Assembly (NCBI GenBank): GCA_004431415.1
Contig: QPMI01000265.1
Location: forward strand, 1-64,000
From: Cyanophora paradoxa CCMP329
Lineage: Eukaryota; Plantae; Glaucophyta
Reading direction: 5' to 3'
DNA length: 64,000 nucleotides
Positions 43,501-55,112 of this stretch are shown piece after piece. Numbering within the stretch: the stretch's first letter is position 1; each line of letters starts with the position of its first letter. The notes beneath the pieces were generated by a model. That model had not been told where the DNA came from. It was given only the letters and a program-made list of their open reading frames with translations, and searched no databases. The translations under genes and the position numbers were made by a program.

Positions 43501-45566
43501 GACGGCGCTGTGGGGGTCCTGGCGGAGCGCGTCTACTGCGCGCAGCGGGGCCTGCGCCTCGAGGCGGCCCCCGCGTCGCCCCTGCTCCTCTCCGCCAACC
43601 TCTGGGCCGCCATCGCCTACACCGCCGCCGCCCGCGAGCTCGCCGCCCGGCCCCGCCCGACGGGCCCGCCCCCTCCTCCTCCTCGGGCCCGCCCCGGCCG
43701 CCTGCGAGTGGGGCCCGCGGGACGGCCCGGCGATGCGGGCCCTGGTGCGGTGCGGGCAGCTGGCGGCTGCGGGGGCGCCGCGGGGGCGGGAGCTGGACGC
43801 CCTCGCGCGGCTTCTTGAGGGCGCGAGCGCCTCCTTCCAGCCGCGGGGCACGCCGGCGGGGCGCCCCGCCCCGGCCCCTCCTCGCCCACGACGCCTTCCA
43901 GCTTTTGTGCTATACCCTCTCCTGCCTGGCCCCAGCCAGGCCCAACGCCCCGCTCCGTGCGTCCCCCCGCCCACTCCCCCCTTCCCCCCTCGCATCCTCT
44001 CCCCTCCCCCCCTCCCTCCCCCCCCCCCTCCCCCCTCTTCCCTCCGGCCGCGGTCCCTCGCTTTGACGTGATTTTACAGAGCGGGCGGCGCTGCTGGCTG
44101 CGTACGGGACGGCGGCGCACCAGGCGCTCCTCTCCCTGCACCTGCACGGGGGGCCCGGGGCGGGCTCCGGCGCGAGCGAGGGCGGCGAGGCGGGCGCCGT
44201 GCACGAGGCCTTCGCCCGCCTCGCCGACTCCCTCGCCTCCGTCGCCACATCCCCCTCCCCGGCAGCCTCTCCCGCCCTCGGCCCCCGCCCCTTCGACGCC
44301 TCAGCCCTCGGGCGCAGCCCGCCGGCGGGGAGCCCTCTCTCGCCCGTGCCGCCCCTCTCGCCGGACCCCTCGGCCCTCTCCCTCTCCCCGCCGGGCCTCC
44401 CCGCACTCATACCCTCGGCCCTCACCCTCTCGCCCCCGAGCCAGCCGCTGGGACCGCCCCCGGCGCCGCCCCTCACCGACTTCGCGCCGGGGCCAGGACC
44501 GGCGCCCGCGCGGCGGGAGCCGCCCGGGGACCTGCTGGGGCGGCTGCAGGTGGCCCTTCTGCCTTTCCTGCGGCGGGCGCGCCTGCTGGTCGCCCTCCTC
44601 GAGGGCGAGGGAGAGCCCCAGGCGCCGCCGCCGAGCGCCGAGGGCCCCGCCGCCGAGTTCGCCGCCCTCGTCGCCGCCCTCCGCCTCCCGCCCCTCTCCC
44701 AGGCCCGCCCGCCGGCCTCCCGCGCGCCCCCGCCCTGACGCCCGCGCAGCTGCTCGCCTCGCGCGTCGGCCCCGCGTGGCTCCGGCAGGCCTCGCGGGCG
44801 GCGGCGCGGGCGCCCGGGCGGCCGCCACTGGCGCAGCTGCTGCCGGTGCGGGGCCGCGGGGCGGACGAGCCGTTCCGCCTGGCGCCGCTGCCGTACCTCT
44901 TTGAGGAGCTCTACAAGCGGCTGCTCGCCGCCACTTGCCCCTCGTGCGCCGGGCTCCCCGCCTACCACGGTGCCCCGCCCACCCCGCCCGCTCCGCCGCC
45001 CCCCGAGGCCGCCCCCAGGCGTCTGCCTCTTCTGCGGCACCGTTGTGTGCGTCGGGGGCCGCTGCTGCCGCGACGAGGCCGCGCGGGAGGGCGAGTGCAA
45101 CTCGGTGCCTTCCCCTGGGCCCCCGGGCGGGCGGGGCGGGCCTGACGGCAGGCGGCAGCACATGCGCAAGTGCGGGGCCGGCGTGGGCGTCTTTCTCGTC
45201 CTCCGCATGTCCATGCTGCTGCTCCTACGGGGGCGCCGCCGTACCTTCTGGCCGGCTCCCTACCTGGTGCCGCCCGCCGCCCGCTGCCCGCCGCCCGCCG
45301 CCCGCCGCGCCGCACCGCAGTGGGGCCGACGCCGGGGCAGGACAAGTACGGGGAGGAGGACATCGAGTTCAAGCGCGGCAAGCCCCTCTTCCTCTGTCAC
45401 TCGCGGCGCGCCCCGCCCCGCGTCCCCGCCCCGCCCCCGCCCCGTCGCGCCCCCGGCGAGCCGGCGCAGGTACGCGGTGATCGAGCGGCTCGTGGCGGCG
45501 CACGCCCTCGACGCCGACCCCCGCGTACTCGAGCTCACCATCCGCCGCGACGCCGCCTGGTACTGA
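37515..45566 (+). CDS. UBR1: UBR1/PRT6-type N-end-rule E3 ubiquitin ligase (start uncertain)
   Basis: UBR box (CGRVW...AYKCRNCEMDPTCAICVDCF...HAGHDY...CDCGD...GFCRQH), FSVQLFTVP, FHLPL, WVRNG, W.EVDRFYPHY, split RING (CALC ... CGHA|MHVECF...CPTCRRLSN), C-terminal CLFCG, CGAGVGVFL, PYL|DKYGEED...RGKPL. Confidence 0.93.
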
Positions 45567-45741
45567 GCCCCACGACGCCGCATCCTGTGAATATGCCCCC
45601 CCCCCTCGCACGCGCTGTGTGAATGTTGGCATCGTGACGATGGCGCACCGGCCAACCACGTTCCGAGAACTTCCGACTCTGGGCCCTTTTATCCCAACTC
45701 GACCAGAAATATTCATTAAAGCGTTAGAAAACACCGCAATA

Positions 45742-46380
45742 CTACTTTTTTTGCTTCTTCTTGCCCCCATCTTTCGCTGCGCCTGCTGCGCCCGCCGCCG
45801 CCTGCACCGTTGCGCCCTTGGCTGGTGCCGGCGTGTCGACTGCGCTTGGCGCGTGAGCGGTGGCCGGCGCGTACACGGTGGCCAACGAACCCTCCATTGC
45901 CGCCGCGCCGCGCTTCTCTCCTTTTTCGGTCGTCATCTGGCGGCGCGTCAGGCGTGTTGTGGCTGGCAAAGCAGCGCAAGTGCAAGTCCGCACCTGGAAC
46001 CACCTGTTGTTCAGCTTCTCGATCTGCGGGCGCCATAAACGAGCGGAATGCCGCACAGGTGGGTGTTAGCGCACCTTCTTCAGGTCCTGCGCCTGGTCTG
46101 TCCTGTACTTGAGGCACTGTGCGACGGTCAGCGTCGCGGCAGACTCCCAAGCGAGCGGCGCGCCGCACCACTTTGTCGTCGGTGACCTTCAAGACGAGCT
46201 TAGCGTCGCAGTGCCTGTACTTGATGCAATACCTTGTCTGCCGCGAGGTCGGCGCGCGGACACACGGAGCAGGGACGCGCGGCGGCATGCGATCGCGTTC
46301 CGGTTTACCTCTGCCGGCCGCGCGGCGTAAAGCTTCTCCGCCTCCGCGGCGAATTCATCCCAGCTCTCGATGTAGACCAT
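45742..46380 (-). CDS. SRP9: Signal recognition particle 9 kDa protein
   Basis: MVYIESWDEFAAEAEKLY...TRYCIKYRHCDAKLVLKVTDD...CLKYRTDQAQDLKK|IEKLN; Lys-rich tail. Confidence 0.95.
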
Positions 46381-46527
46381 CCCGTGGCGAGGCGGACACG
46401 CAGATCAGTGAGAGCGCCCGGAAAGGAAAACGGCTGCTACGACGGGTGTGCTTGCGGAGTGCTACGACGAGGCCAAGCAGCCGGGGTACGGCTGTTCGAA
46501 GGGAGTACACCCCCACGAGGCGAAAAA

Positions 46528-47005
46528 ATGTTGCGGCGCGTCGTCCTCCGTTCGGCTGCCGCAGTTGCCGCCCCGGCGGCGCGCAGGCTCATCGCCAGCG
46601 CGGCTCGCCCCGTCGCCGCTGTCGCCCTTCGGCCCGCTGCACACATCATCGTGCCGGTGCGCAACTTTGGCGGCGCCGCAAGCTTCCTGGATCGTGCCCA
46701 GGTCACAGATCGGGTGCGTGAGCCTTTCGCGCGCCGAGCTTGACCGCGCGGGCCTGGATGGTTCCTCACGCCGCTTCGACCAGGTCATCACCGTCATTAA
46801 GAACTTCCAGAAGGTGGACCCCGAGAAGGTTACTCCCAACTCTCATTTTATCAACGACCTCGGCCTGGACAGCCTCGACACTGTCGAGCTCGTGATGAGC
46901 TTCGAGGACGAGTTCTGCATTGAGATCCCCGACCAGGAGGCGGAGAAGATCCACTCCGTGGCGGACGCTATCTCGTATGTTGCGTCGCATCCGCAGGCGA
47001 AGTAG
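46528..47005 (+). CDS. NDUFAB1: Mitochondrial acyl carrier protein (complex I subunit) with transit peptide; one intron
   Basis: Arg/Ala-rich presequence [11 protein letters not shown]; phosphopantetheine motif [20 protein letters not shown]. Confidence 0.95.
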
Positions 47006-47106
47006 CTTAGTCAGCGTGTGTCGCGAGTTAGCTTTTTCACATAATGCTTCACAGTCCAACCCCATCCCGCGCGGAGAGCCGGACAAGGCGTCCGTCTCTA
47101 ATAGCA

Positions 47107-48704
47107 CTACGGTGGGCCGCTCCAAAGCGCAAGTTCTCCACTCCAGGAGCAGCTAGCCACGAAGGAAGTGCGAGCGGGGTGGAAAGCGACGTCTGAGCAA
47201 ACGTGTTCGTGGGCACGGAGGGTCTTGAGAAGTCGGGCCCCTGCCCACGAGTAGAAGTACATAGCACCATCAGCTGAGCCAGTCCCGATAATCTCCCCGT
47301 CCGGGCTGAAACCGCAGAGGACGCGAAATCCTGAAACCTGATGTCCCTCGAATCGCTGCATTCGATGAGCTAGGCTTCGTGAGGGGCAGCCGAGCATGCA
47401 ACTGCACCTTGTGCTTGTTCATTTTGAACGGCGCTTTGGAGCTGAAAATGGCAATGTAGTTCCCGTTACTCTGGGCAATAAAGCTGGGTCGATGGGGGTG
47501 CAGCCGGATAGCAGGGGCGGAATACGCCTCCATGTAGATCTGGCTCGATACCACGCATCCCTGAAACTTATGAGCTCACATCTTCAAAAGGGCGACAAGC
47601 AAGCACACCAGCCGCAGGTCCCAGACCAGTAGTGTCTTGTCCACAGTCCCTCTCGATGTAACTTCCGATGATGACACAAAAGTATTCTCGTCCAGGAACT
47701 CTACATCTTGAACTTGCCCAAACGCGCCCTTAAAGCTTTGTGTAATCCTGTTCGATTTACATGTTTGAACAAGCCAGAGGCTGGTGTGCGCACAGACGTC
47801 GACACGTACATGCCTGATCTTGTGTCCCAGCACTGCAACTCTGCCATGCTGGTTCCAGACAAAAATGTGTGCTCGTGAGCAGGACGGAGACGAACAGCCA
47901 TCACAGAATTCTCGTGTCGGAATCTCTGTGCCGGCCTTGAGAAATTGCACCCATTTGAGCAATGTCACTTGTCTCTGCACCTTATCTAGAATACCAGTGC
48001 TCGCATCGAAGATAGCAGATGTTTTGTCGAAAGATGCTGTGAGCAAGCGAGATCCAGACACAGACCATTGGACATCCCGAACGCCCTCTGAGTAGGTAGG
48101 AATCAAATTCGTTTGCACTCGTGTTTAACTTCTCGTTCACCAGTATGCCCGCGTAGCTCTTGGTGCATTCGAAGAAATGGTTCGCATTCCCATAACTTTA
48201 TGGTCTTGTCCATGGCTGCAGAGGCGAGTAACTTGCCTGCAGACAATGTGAGGACACGTTTTGATGTCGAGCGGCTACGCTGCATGCACCATCGCGCGGG
48301 CTCCATCGCAGCACGTTGATCGCTCCTGAATGGGCGGATAGACGGGCTGCCCGTCTTATGGGGAATGCTGAAGGCGCCACCGGCTCTCCGAATGAAGATG
48401 GGGGCGGCACTTCGGCCGACGGCGTTTCCGGCAGCGAGGGACCAGCCGCACACGTGCCCGCTGCTGGAAGGTGCTGTAAACCACCCACGCAAGCGCTATG
48501 CGCGCTCAACGGGCCGGAAGCGGCGAGCGTCCGCGCATCGCCGGCGCCTCCTGTTGCCGCCACGCTTCTGAACCGTTTCGCGACGTATCCGCGCGTTTGG
48601 CCCTGCACATCGGTGCGTACGTGCTTCGCGCGCTCAGACTTCGGCGCCGGCGAAAACTGATCAGACTCCGGGTCAGAATCGTACGCGGAGGTGATCAGGT
48701 CCAT
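47107..48704 (-). CDS. WDR25: WD40-repeat protein, WDR25-like
   Basis: MDLITSAYDSD N-terminus; LLASAAMDKTIKLW, FIAQSNGNYIAIFS, MNKHK|RFEGHQVSGF, FSPDG...GSADG, SCSWSG. Confidence 0.8.
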
Positions 48705-48780
48705 GCTTGCAGATCATAAAGCGCCGGCGCGCTGATATGGAGTTGCACGGCAGCGGGCCACCGCAGGCTGGGCCGTTGAG

Positions 48781-49239
48781 ATGGAGTTGAACGACGACCC
48801 GGGTTGCAAACTGCGCCGCGGGTACACGCAACAAATGTTGCGTTCGGCACGCGGCGTCTCGCTCGGCATCGCACGCACACACACCGCCTATTACACGACA
48901 GCGTTTTCTTACAAATTAGGTGTTCCTGGTAGTGCCGCAGCTGTTGCTATCGAGTTGCCGGACGGTGAAACGAATTTGCAGATTGAGCGCGTAACAGACG
49001 ATGTCGCTCGTGTCTTCTTCGCAAACAAGGTGACCAAGAAGGAGATCCCAATCCCCGCCAGCGCCCAAGCCGTCGACATCTCCCAAGGCACATCAGTCCC
49101 GCTGCGGCCGCGCTTCAATGGCTTCTGGGTCTCATGGGTACGCCCACGTGCACTGCGCCCCCTCCGAGGCGAACATTCAATTGTCTCAGGTTTCCAGCGT
49201 GATGGTATCGAGGTCGTCCGCATTTGGACACGTACTTAA
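48781..49239 (+). CDS. Hypothetical protein (probably spliced); 3' end overlaps the MITE terminus
   Basis: 152-aa ORF with a coding-like core (AIELPDGETNLQIERVTDDVARVFFANKVTKKEIPIP...FNGFWVSW), head-to-head with WDR25. No family recognised. Confidence 0.4.
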   Translation: MELNDDPGCKLRRGYTQQMLRSARGVSLGIARTHTAYYTTAFSYKLGVPGSAAAVAIELPDGETNLQIERVTDDVARVFFANKVTKKEIPIPASAQAVDISQGTSVPLRPRFNGFWVSWVRPRALRPLRGEHSIVSGFQRDGIEVVRIWTRT

Positions 49240-49879
49240 GACGCAGGTCCGGGCTACAAGTGTGGGAATGTACACTGCGGCCGCCGCAGCCGCGGGCCCA
49301 GCCCACCGAGCTCACGCTCGGCCAGCGCTAGCCGGGCCCTGCGAGGCCCCCTAAGGAGAGTAATGCGCCTCCCCGCGGACACTCTAGCTAGCTAGAGCTA
49401 CGTGTGCCCGCACGGCGTGGTGCTGCATCGCGTCTTGTGGCGGCGGGGTTCGTCTCGGGGCGGTACCGGTGGCGGGAGCCCCTACAGGCCCTGTGGGGGG
49501 CCCGACATGGATCCGGAGTCAGCCTGCGCCGGCTCATCAATCAGAAACAGCAAGAAACAGAAACAATCAATCCGGCTCATCAATCAGAAACAGCAAGCCC
49601 TTGTTGTCATCTGATTTTTCCAACAACAAGAGAACAGTTCGAATTCGTTGCTTCAACCTGCATCCGATTCCGATCGCGAGCTGACCCTTCAGGCCCCCGG
49701 CGCAGGCTGACTCCGTGTCCGGTCCCCAGAGCCCGTAGGGGCTCCCGCCACTGTCCCGAGACGACCCCGCCGCCCCAATGCACCCGCCGTGTGGACACCT
49801 GTAGCCGGTGCTCGCAGAGAGGCGCATTACTCCCCTGGGGCTCAGCTTATACGTTGCGACTCAATTCGTGTCCAAATGC
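49220..49879. mobile_element. MITE-like foldback element, TIR GCATTTGGACACG
   Basis: gcatttggacacg at 49220 and cgtgtccaaatgc ending at 49879. Inner arms ~49350-49530 and ~49690-49840 are inverted homologues. Internal direct duplication ccggctcatcaatcagaaacagcaag. Confidence 0.8.
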
Positions 49880-50903
49880 TTGAAGCTTTGCATGATCATG
49901 ATCCGATGATCCCGGATCCGGAACCGTTGAACATTAACCTCGGGAGCTCGACCTCACGGAGTCGTACTAGTTCTAGTACTGTTGATCAAGATCATGATCC
50001 GGTGATCATCCTCCGAGGCCCTGAGGCTCGATGGCTCAGTGATTTGAATTCTGAACTTCCGAAGTTCGGAAGTTCAGGCTTGCCGGCCCGGTGGGGCCCG
50101 CTGCCCCGCCCGGCTGGGCCCGGCCAGACTCTGATCATGACAGACTTCGAGGGGGGGCTCTGAGACTCAGTGACTCTAGATCTGCAGCTGAGCTCGACTC
50201 TGAGTCCGACGGTCTAAGAGAGTGTCTCTCCTCGGACTCCCTGGGAGTTGTTCGAGTCACTGAGTTCGAGAGTCCCGGAGTCCATCGATATATCATAGCT
50301 ATATAGCTATAGTATCCTCATGATCATCGGATCAAACCCGGTGACCGTTCAACTTGGCAAGGTTGCCTAGCAACGTTAACTAGTGAAGTTACTAAGCCCT
50401 GAGCCTTTGATCATGAAGCTACACTGTGACAAGCCTTGGAGCCTAGGCCTTGAAGCGATAGAGCTATATATAGTTAAATCCGATGATCAAGTAAAGTTTT
50501 GAAAGCTTGACTCAGTGATCATGAGCCTCGGAGTCCGACGGTCCCGGGTCCGGATCCAAAACTCCCCGGGGGCCCCGGGCCCGGCCCGGCCGGGCCCCGA
50601 TCGATATCATGGTACTACGGTATCCGGATCCGCCGGGCCGGGACTCAAGCCGGCGCCATGCCGCGGCCATGATCATCGCCGAGTCGGATGGGACTCTCGA
50701 AGTCTGACCCCGCGGGGCCGGCCCCCCTGGTCCAGGATTGCAGTACCCGAACCTTAATTTCATTTGCTTATAATTCACATGAGCCTCAGAGGCCTGAGGC
50801 TCGGAGTGCACCTTGCACCTTGCCGCAGCTGCAGCGCCAGTTAAACGTTGGCTAAGCGGAAATTTAAATCTCGTTGTTACAATACAACTGCATGCTTTAT
50901 GTT

Positions 50904-53900
50904 TCAAATCTGCGTTTGGTTCTGCATGAGGTGAAGGGTGAGGCTGGCCAGAAAGGCGGGGATAGAGTGAGAGATCCGGAGGCTTTCCAGGACATCCGCA
51001 GGCACGCGGCCACCGGGGCAACAGTACTCCGTCTCAAGCATCTGGCGCATGGGTAAGGGCAGGATGGGGAGGGGAGGGGAGGGCAGAGAGGGAGAGTGAG
51101 GGAGAGGGGGGAGGGGGGGGGGGGGAGGGGGGGGGGGAGGGGCGCTTGCCTGCATACGGCCCTGCTCGTCGAGCTTGAAGCGGAGGACGTCACGCTCGCT
51201 CTCCGCAAAGGCCGAGAGCAGCTGGTACTCCTGGTTCATCATGCTCATCTTGTACCCGAAGAGGTTGTAGCACGCCTCGCGGAACTCCTGCACGGAGCGC
51301 TTGAAGACCTGCGCCCCGGGCGGGCGTGAGCGTCCGGCAGGCGCGTGGCGTGGAGGCTGCCCACCTCCTTCATGCGCGTGACGTTCTTTTGCGCGTCCCG
51401 CACCTGCTCCCGCAACCGCTCTCGCTCCCGCTCCGCGGCCTCCCCCGCGAGCGGGGCGGCCCCCGCCCCCGCTGAGCCTGGCGTAGCCGGCGTCGACGGT
51501 GTGACCGGTGTCTGCAAGCCCCGCGCCCCCCGCCCCGGGGCGCCCTCCGCCTGCCCCGCGCCATGCTCCGGGCGCTGCGAGGCGGCGTGAGGGGCGGGGC
51601 GGGGGCGGGGAGCGGGCGGGGCGCCTTGAGGAGGTCGGCCTCGAGGGCGGCGACGCGCTGTTTGAGGCGCTCGTTCTCGCCCCGCATCGCCTCCTGCGCC
51701 GCGCGTGAGGCGCCGCCGCCGGCGCCCGGGGCGGGGCAGGCGGGCCATGTCGGCGGTGAGCGAGGAGGCGGCGCTGCCAGCGGGCCCCATGCCCATCTTC
51801 GCGGCCGCTGCGACGACCGCCGGGTTGAACCGCATGTGCAGCACCTTCGCCGACGCCGCATTGTACTCCCCACGCCCCAGCTGCATCGAGCGCTCGCTCG
51901 CGGCGCGGGGCGCGCGCGAATGGGGGCGGGGCGCGCGAATTCGCGGACCCGGGCTTCGAGCTCGGCGACGCGTTTGGAGAGCTGCTCGCACTCCCGCTCC
52001 AGCGACGCCCCCTGCACCTTCAGCCGCTCGTTCTCCTCCTGCGCGGCCCGCTCGCGCCGCAGCGGCGCCGCGACGGCGAGGGGCGCACCCTCAGCTGCAC
52101 GGCTGCCGAGACCTGGCCGACGGAGGAGGGCGCGGCAGAGGCGGCGGGGTCGGCCTGGGCGGCGAGGCGGGCCTGCAGCTCGGCCACCAACTTCCGCTCC
52201 TCCCCGAGGCTCTCCTCCAGCAGCTGCCCCGCCCCCGCCCGGCTCGGCCGCCCGCCCCGAAGGGAGGGGCCCACGCAGCGCACCCCGGCCCGCTCCTGCG
52301 TGAGCTTGTCGACGTTCGCCATCGTCAGCTCCTCGCCGTAGGAGTCCTGGGACGCGCGTCGGTGGCCGGGGCGGGGCGGGGGCGCGGGGCGCACGATGAT
52401 GCGCTTGAAGCCATCGCGCTCCTTGAGAGCGATAGCGAGCCGCCGCTCGCACCGCCGCGACGCCTCCTGGACCGCCGCCGCCTCCCGCCCCGCCTTCTCC
52501 GCCTCGCCCCGCGCCCCCTCGAGCTGCCGGCCGGCTCGGGGCGGCGCGGGGGATGGGGCGAGGGCGGCGGACCTCGCGGGAAAGGGCGGCGACGCGGGCC
52601 TCGAGGGCGGCGGCCTGGGCGGCGAGGACGCCGAGCTGGTCCGCCAGCAGCGCCCGGTCCTTCTGCAGCAGCTGCACGTGCGCTGCCACCGCCCCCGCCG
52701 TCGCCTTCCCTTCCCCGTGCCCAGAGCCGGCCGCCTCCCCTCCCGGCCCCGCCCGCCAGCAGCGTCCGCGCCACCCGCTCCCTGTCCCCGCCGCTCACCG
52801 GGGCCGCGCGAGGCCAAGCGCGGGGCGCACCAGCCGGCGACTTCGGCGGCGAGGACGTCGGCGCGGGCGGCGGCGGCGGCAGAGGCGGTGGCGGCCTCCT
52901 CGGCGCGGGCGGCGCGCTGCTGTGCGGCTTCGAGTTCCTCGCTCAGCAGCTCCACGTTCTCGCTCTGCCGCGGCCCCGCGCGCCCGCGCCGTCCCACGCC
53001 CTCCTCGAGCGACCGGATCTCCGCTGTGCCGGCGTCGCACCAGGCCGGGCGGGGGCGGGACGGCTGCCCGGCGCACCGCGAAGGGAGCGTATGACGGCCT
53101 CGGCCTCCTCGTGCGCGTCCGCCCGCGACCTCAGCACCTTCTGCTCCTCCCTCAACTGCGGTGGGCGCTCTGCGCAGGTTTGCGGGGCCGGTGCGCCAGG
53201 CGGCGCGCCTGCATAAGCGCCGCCTGGGCGAGCTCCCCTTCCTCAAGCTGCTTCTCCACCTCTTTCGCCTTTCGCCTCCCCTCGTCCACCTGCCGCGCGC
53301 CTCAGCGACGGCGCCGCCATCCCCCGAGCGCCCCCGCGCGCCCTCTCCCTGAGCTCCTCCAGCTCGATCTGGAGCGCCTTCTGCTGCGCCGCCGCCCGCT
53401 GCTCCGCCTCCGCGAGGGCCCCCTTCTGGTCCCGCAGCGACGACTCCAGCGCCCGCACTTTGTCAGCCAGCGACGCCCGCTCCTTCTCCACCTCGCGCGC
53501 TCGCTGCTCCACGTCCTCCTTCGTCTTTCGGCTCTCCTCCTCCACGCTCTTGAGGCGCGCCTTCAGCTCGCCCTCCACCTCAAGCAGGTACCGCCGCTGC
53601 CGCCGTAGCTGCTGCGGTGCGCGATGCGCGCGAGCTCAGAACTGACGCATCCGCCTCGCAGTTTGCGCACATCAATTGTCTTGGCGTCGTTCACGCTCTC
53701 CGCCTCCCGCGCCGCCCGCATCTTTGAAATCTCCAGTTGCAGCTACGGACGGGTCAACTCCGATCACCCGCAGGAAATCGAGGATATCAGCGAAAAGCAC
53801 CTCTTCGCACTGCGCGCGGCTCTGTGCGAGCTCAGCGTTCTGTAGGGCGGAGGACACGGCGACGCTCGCTGTCCAGGAGCATTAACTCCTGGGCGGCGCG

Positions 53901-54133
53901 CGCGAGAACAGCCCGGCATCCGCACCTGTATCGTCGGGCCTCGGACCGCCGGAGGCGCGCTTTCGCTTCGCAGTCGGCGAGAGGAGAGGTTCGCCGGCCT
54001 CGGCTGGCAGCTCGCTGCCCGAGGTGCCCCGCCGAACGAGGTCTTCGAGTTGCTGGATGTGCACGGTCTGCTTTGCGATGACCGCGATGGCCCGAGAGAG
54101 CTCGTTGGCATCTGCGGGCTCCAGGCCAGCCAT
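50904..54133 (-). CDS. MAD1: Spindle assembly checkpoint protein MAD1
   Basis: Long coiled coil; Mad2-binding-region motif LGRGEYNAASAKVLHMRFNP; C-terminal FREACYNLFGYK and SIPAFLASLTLHL. Confidence 0.9.
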
Positions 54134-55112
54134 GGCGCCGAACGCCGCCTTGGTGTGTGTTATGTAGCGTTATAGATAGCTGAAGACGAGTGCTGCTGCG
54201 TGCTAGTAAGCTGCCAGACAGCTGCAGTGCCGTGTCAGTGCGGCGACAGTGCCAGCTGGGCGGGTACAAGTGCCCTCTTGCCGGTGGCAAGTGGGGGCGA
54301 ACGCAGTGAAAGCTAGCTATAGTACTAGTACGTATACGCGACTCGCGATCGGCGATCGCGAGCTTGAATTCGAAGATGCCTTGATGCCTTCAACGTGAAC
54401 GTTGATTGACCTCCCCTCGGGGTCGCGCGCGGAGCGCGCGACCCCTCGGCTCGGCCCGGATCGGCGACCAAGTCCTTTAATTTACTAATTGTTACTTAAT
54501 TAATTTATAAGTTTTTTTGGTGAATTACCGGCCACAGTCTCTAGACACCAGCACTGCGGGGGCTGCCCAGGGGGCATAAAGACAAAAAAGCAAAATAACT
54601 AAGACAAGAGCACGAAGAAAGATAAGACAAAGAGCCAAAATCGACAATAAAAAAGGAAAGACACAGAGCTCGAGACAGATCGATAGCGAGAAGAGACGAT
54701 AAATCGAGCAGATCTAGGGACAGAGGATAACTGACACGAAGAAGCCTTGAAGAGCCAGAGCTAGAGATACCATCAATATCAGAAGGAATTACATCACTAA
54801 GAAGCGGGGGACAAAATTGAGAAAGATAAATAACAGGAAGAAGACAAGTATATACGTAAGAGGAACAACAAGACGACATGGAGGCGGAGGCGAAGCAGGA
54901 CGATGCGAAAGGGCAGAGCTACGGCACGAGGTCGAGAAGGACACAGGAGGCGGAGCAGGCGGATCAAGAGCAGGCAAAAGGACAGTCAAAGGAATCACTA
55001 AAGCCGGCCGGGGTCGAGGCGGGCAGTCGAACTGCAAACGACGGCGAACAACAGGTCGAGCACGAGGACTATAGCTAGTATTGAAACTAACTCTAGCATC
55101 AACACTACGATC

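Noticed and set aside
38900-45500. Many long overlapping Arg/Pro/Gly/Ala ORFs on both strands (also 51-53.6 kb and 59-64 kb)
   Set aside because: They arise from stop-codon scarcity in extreme-GC DNA; the real frames are the spliced UBR1, MAD1 and CAS genes.
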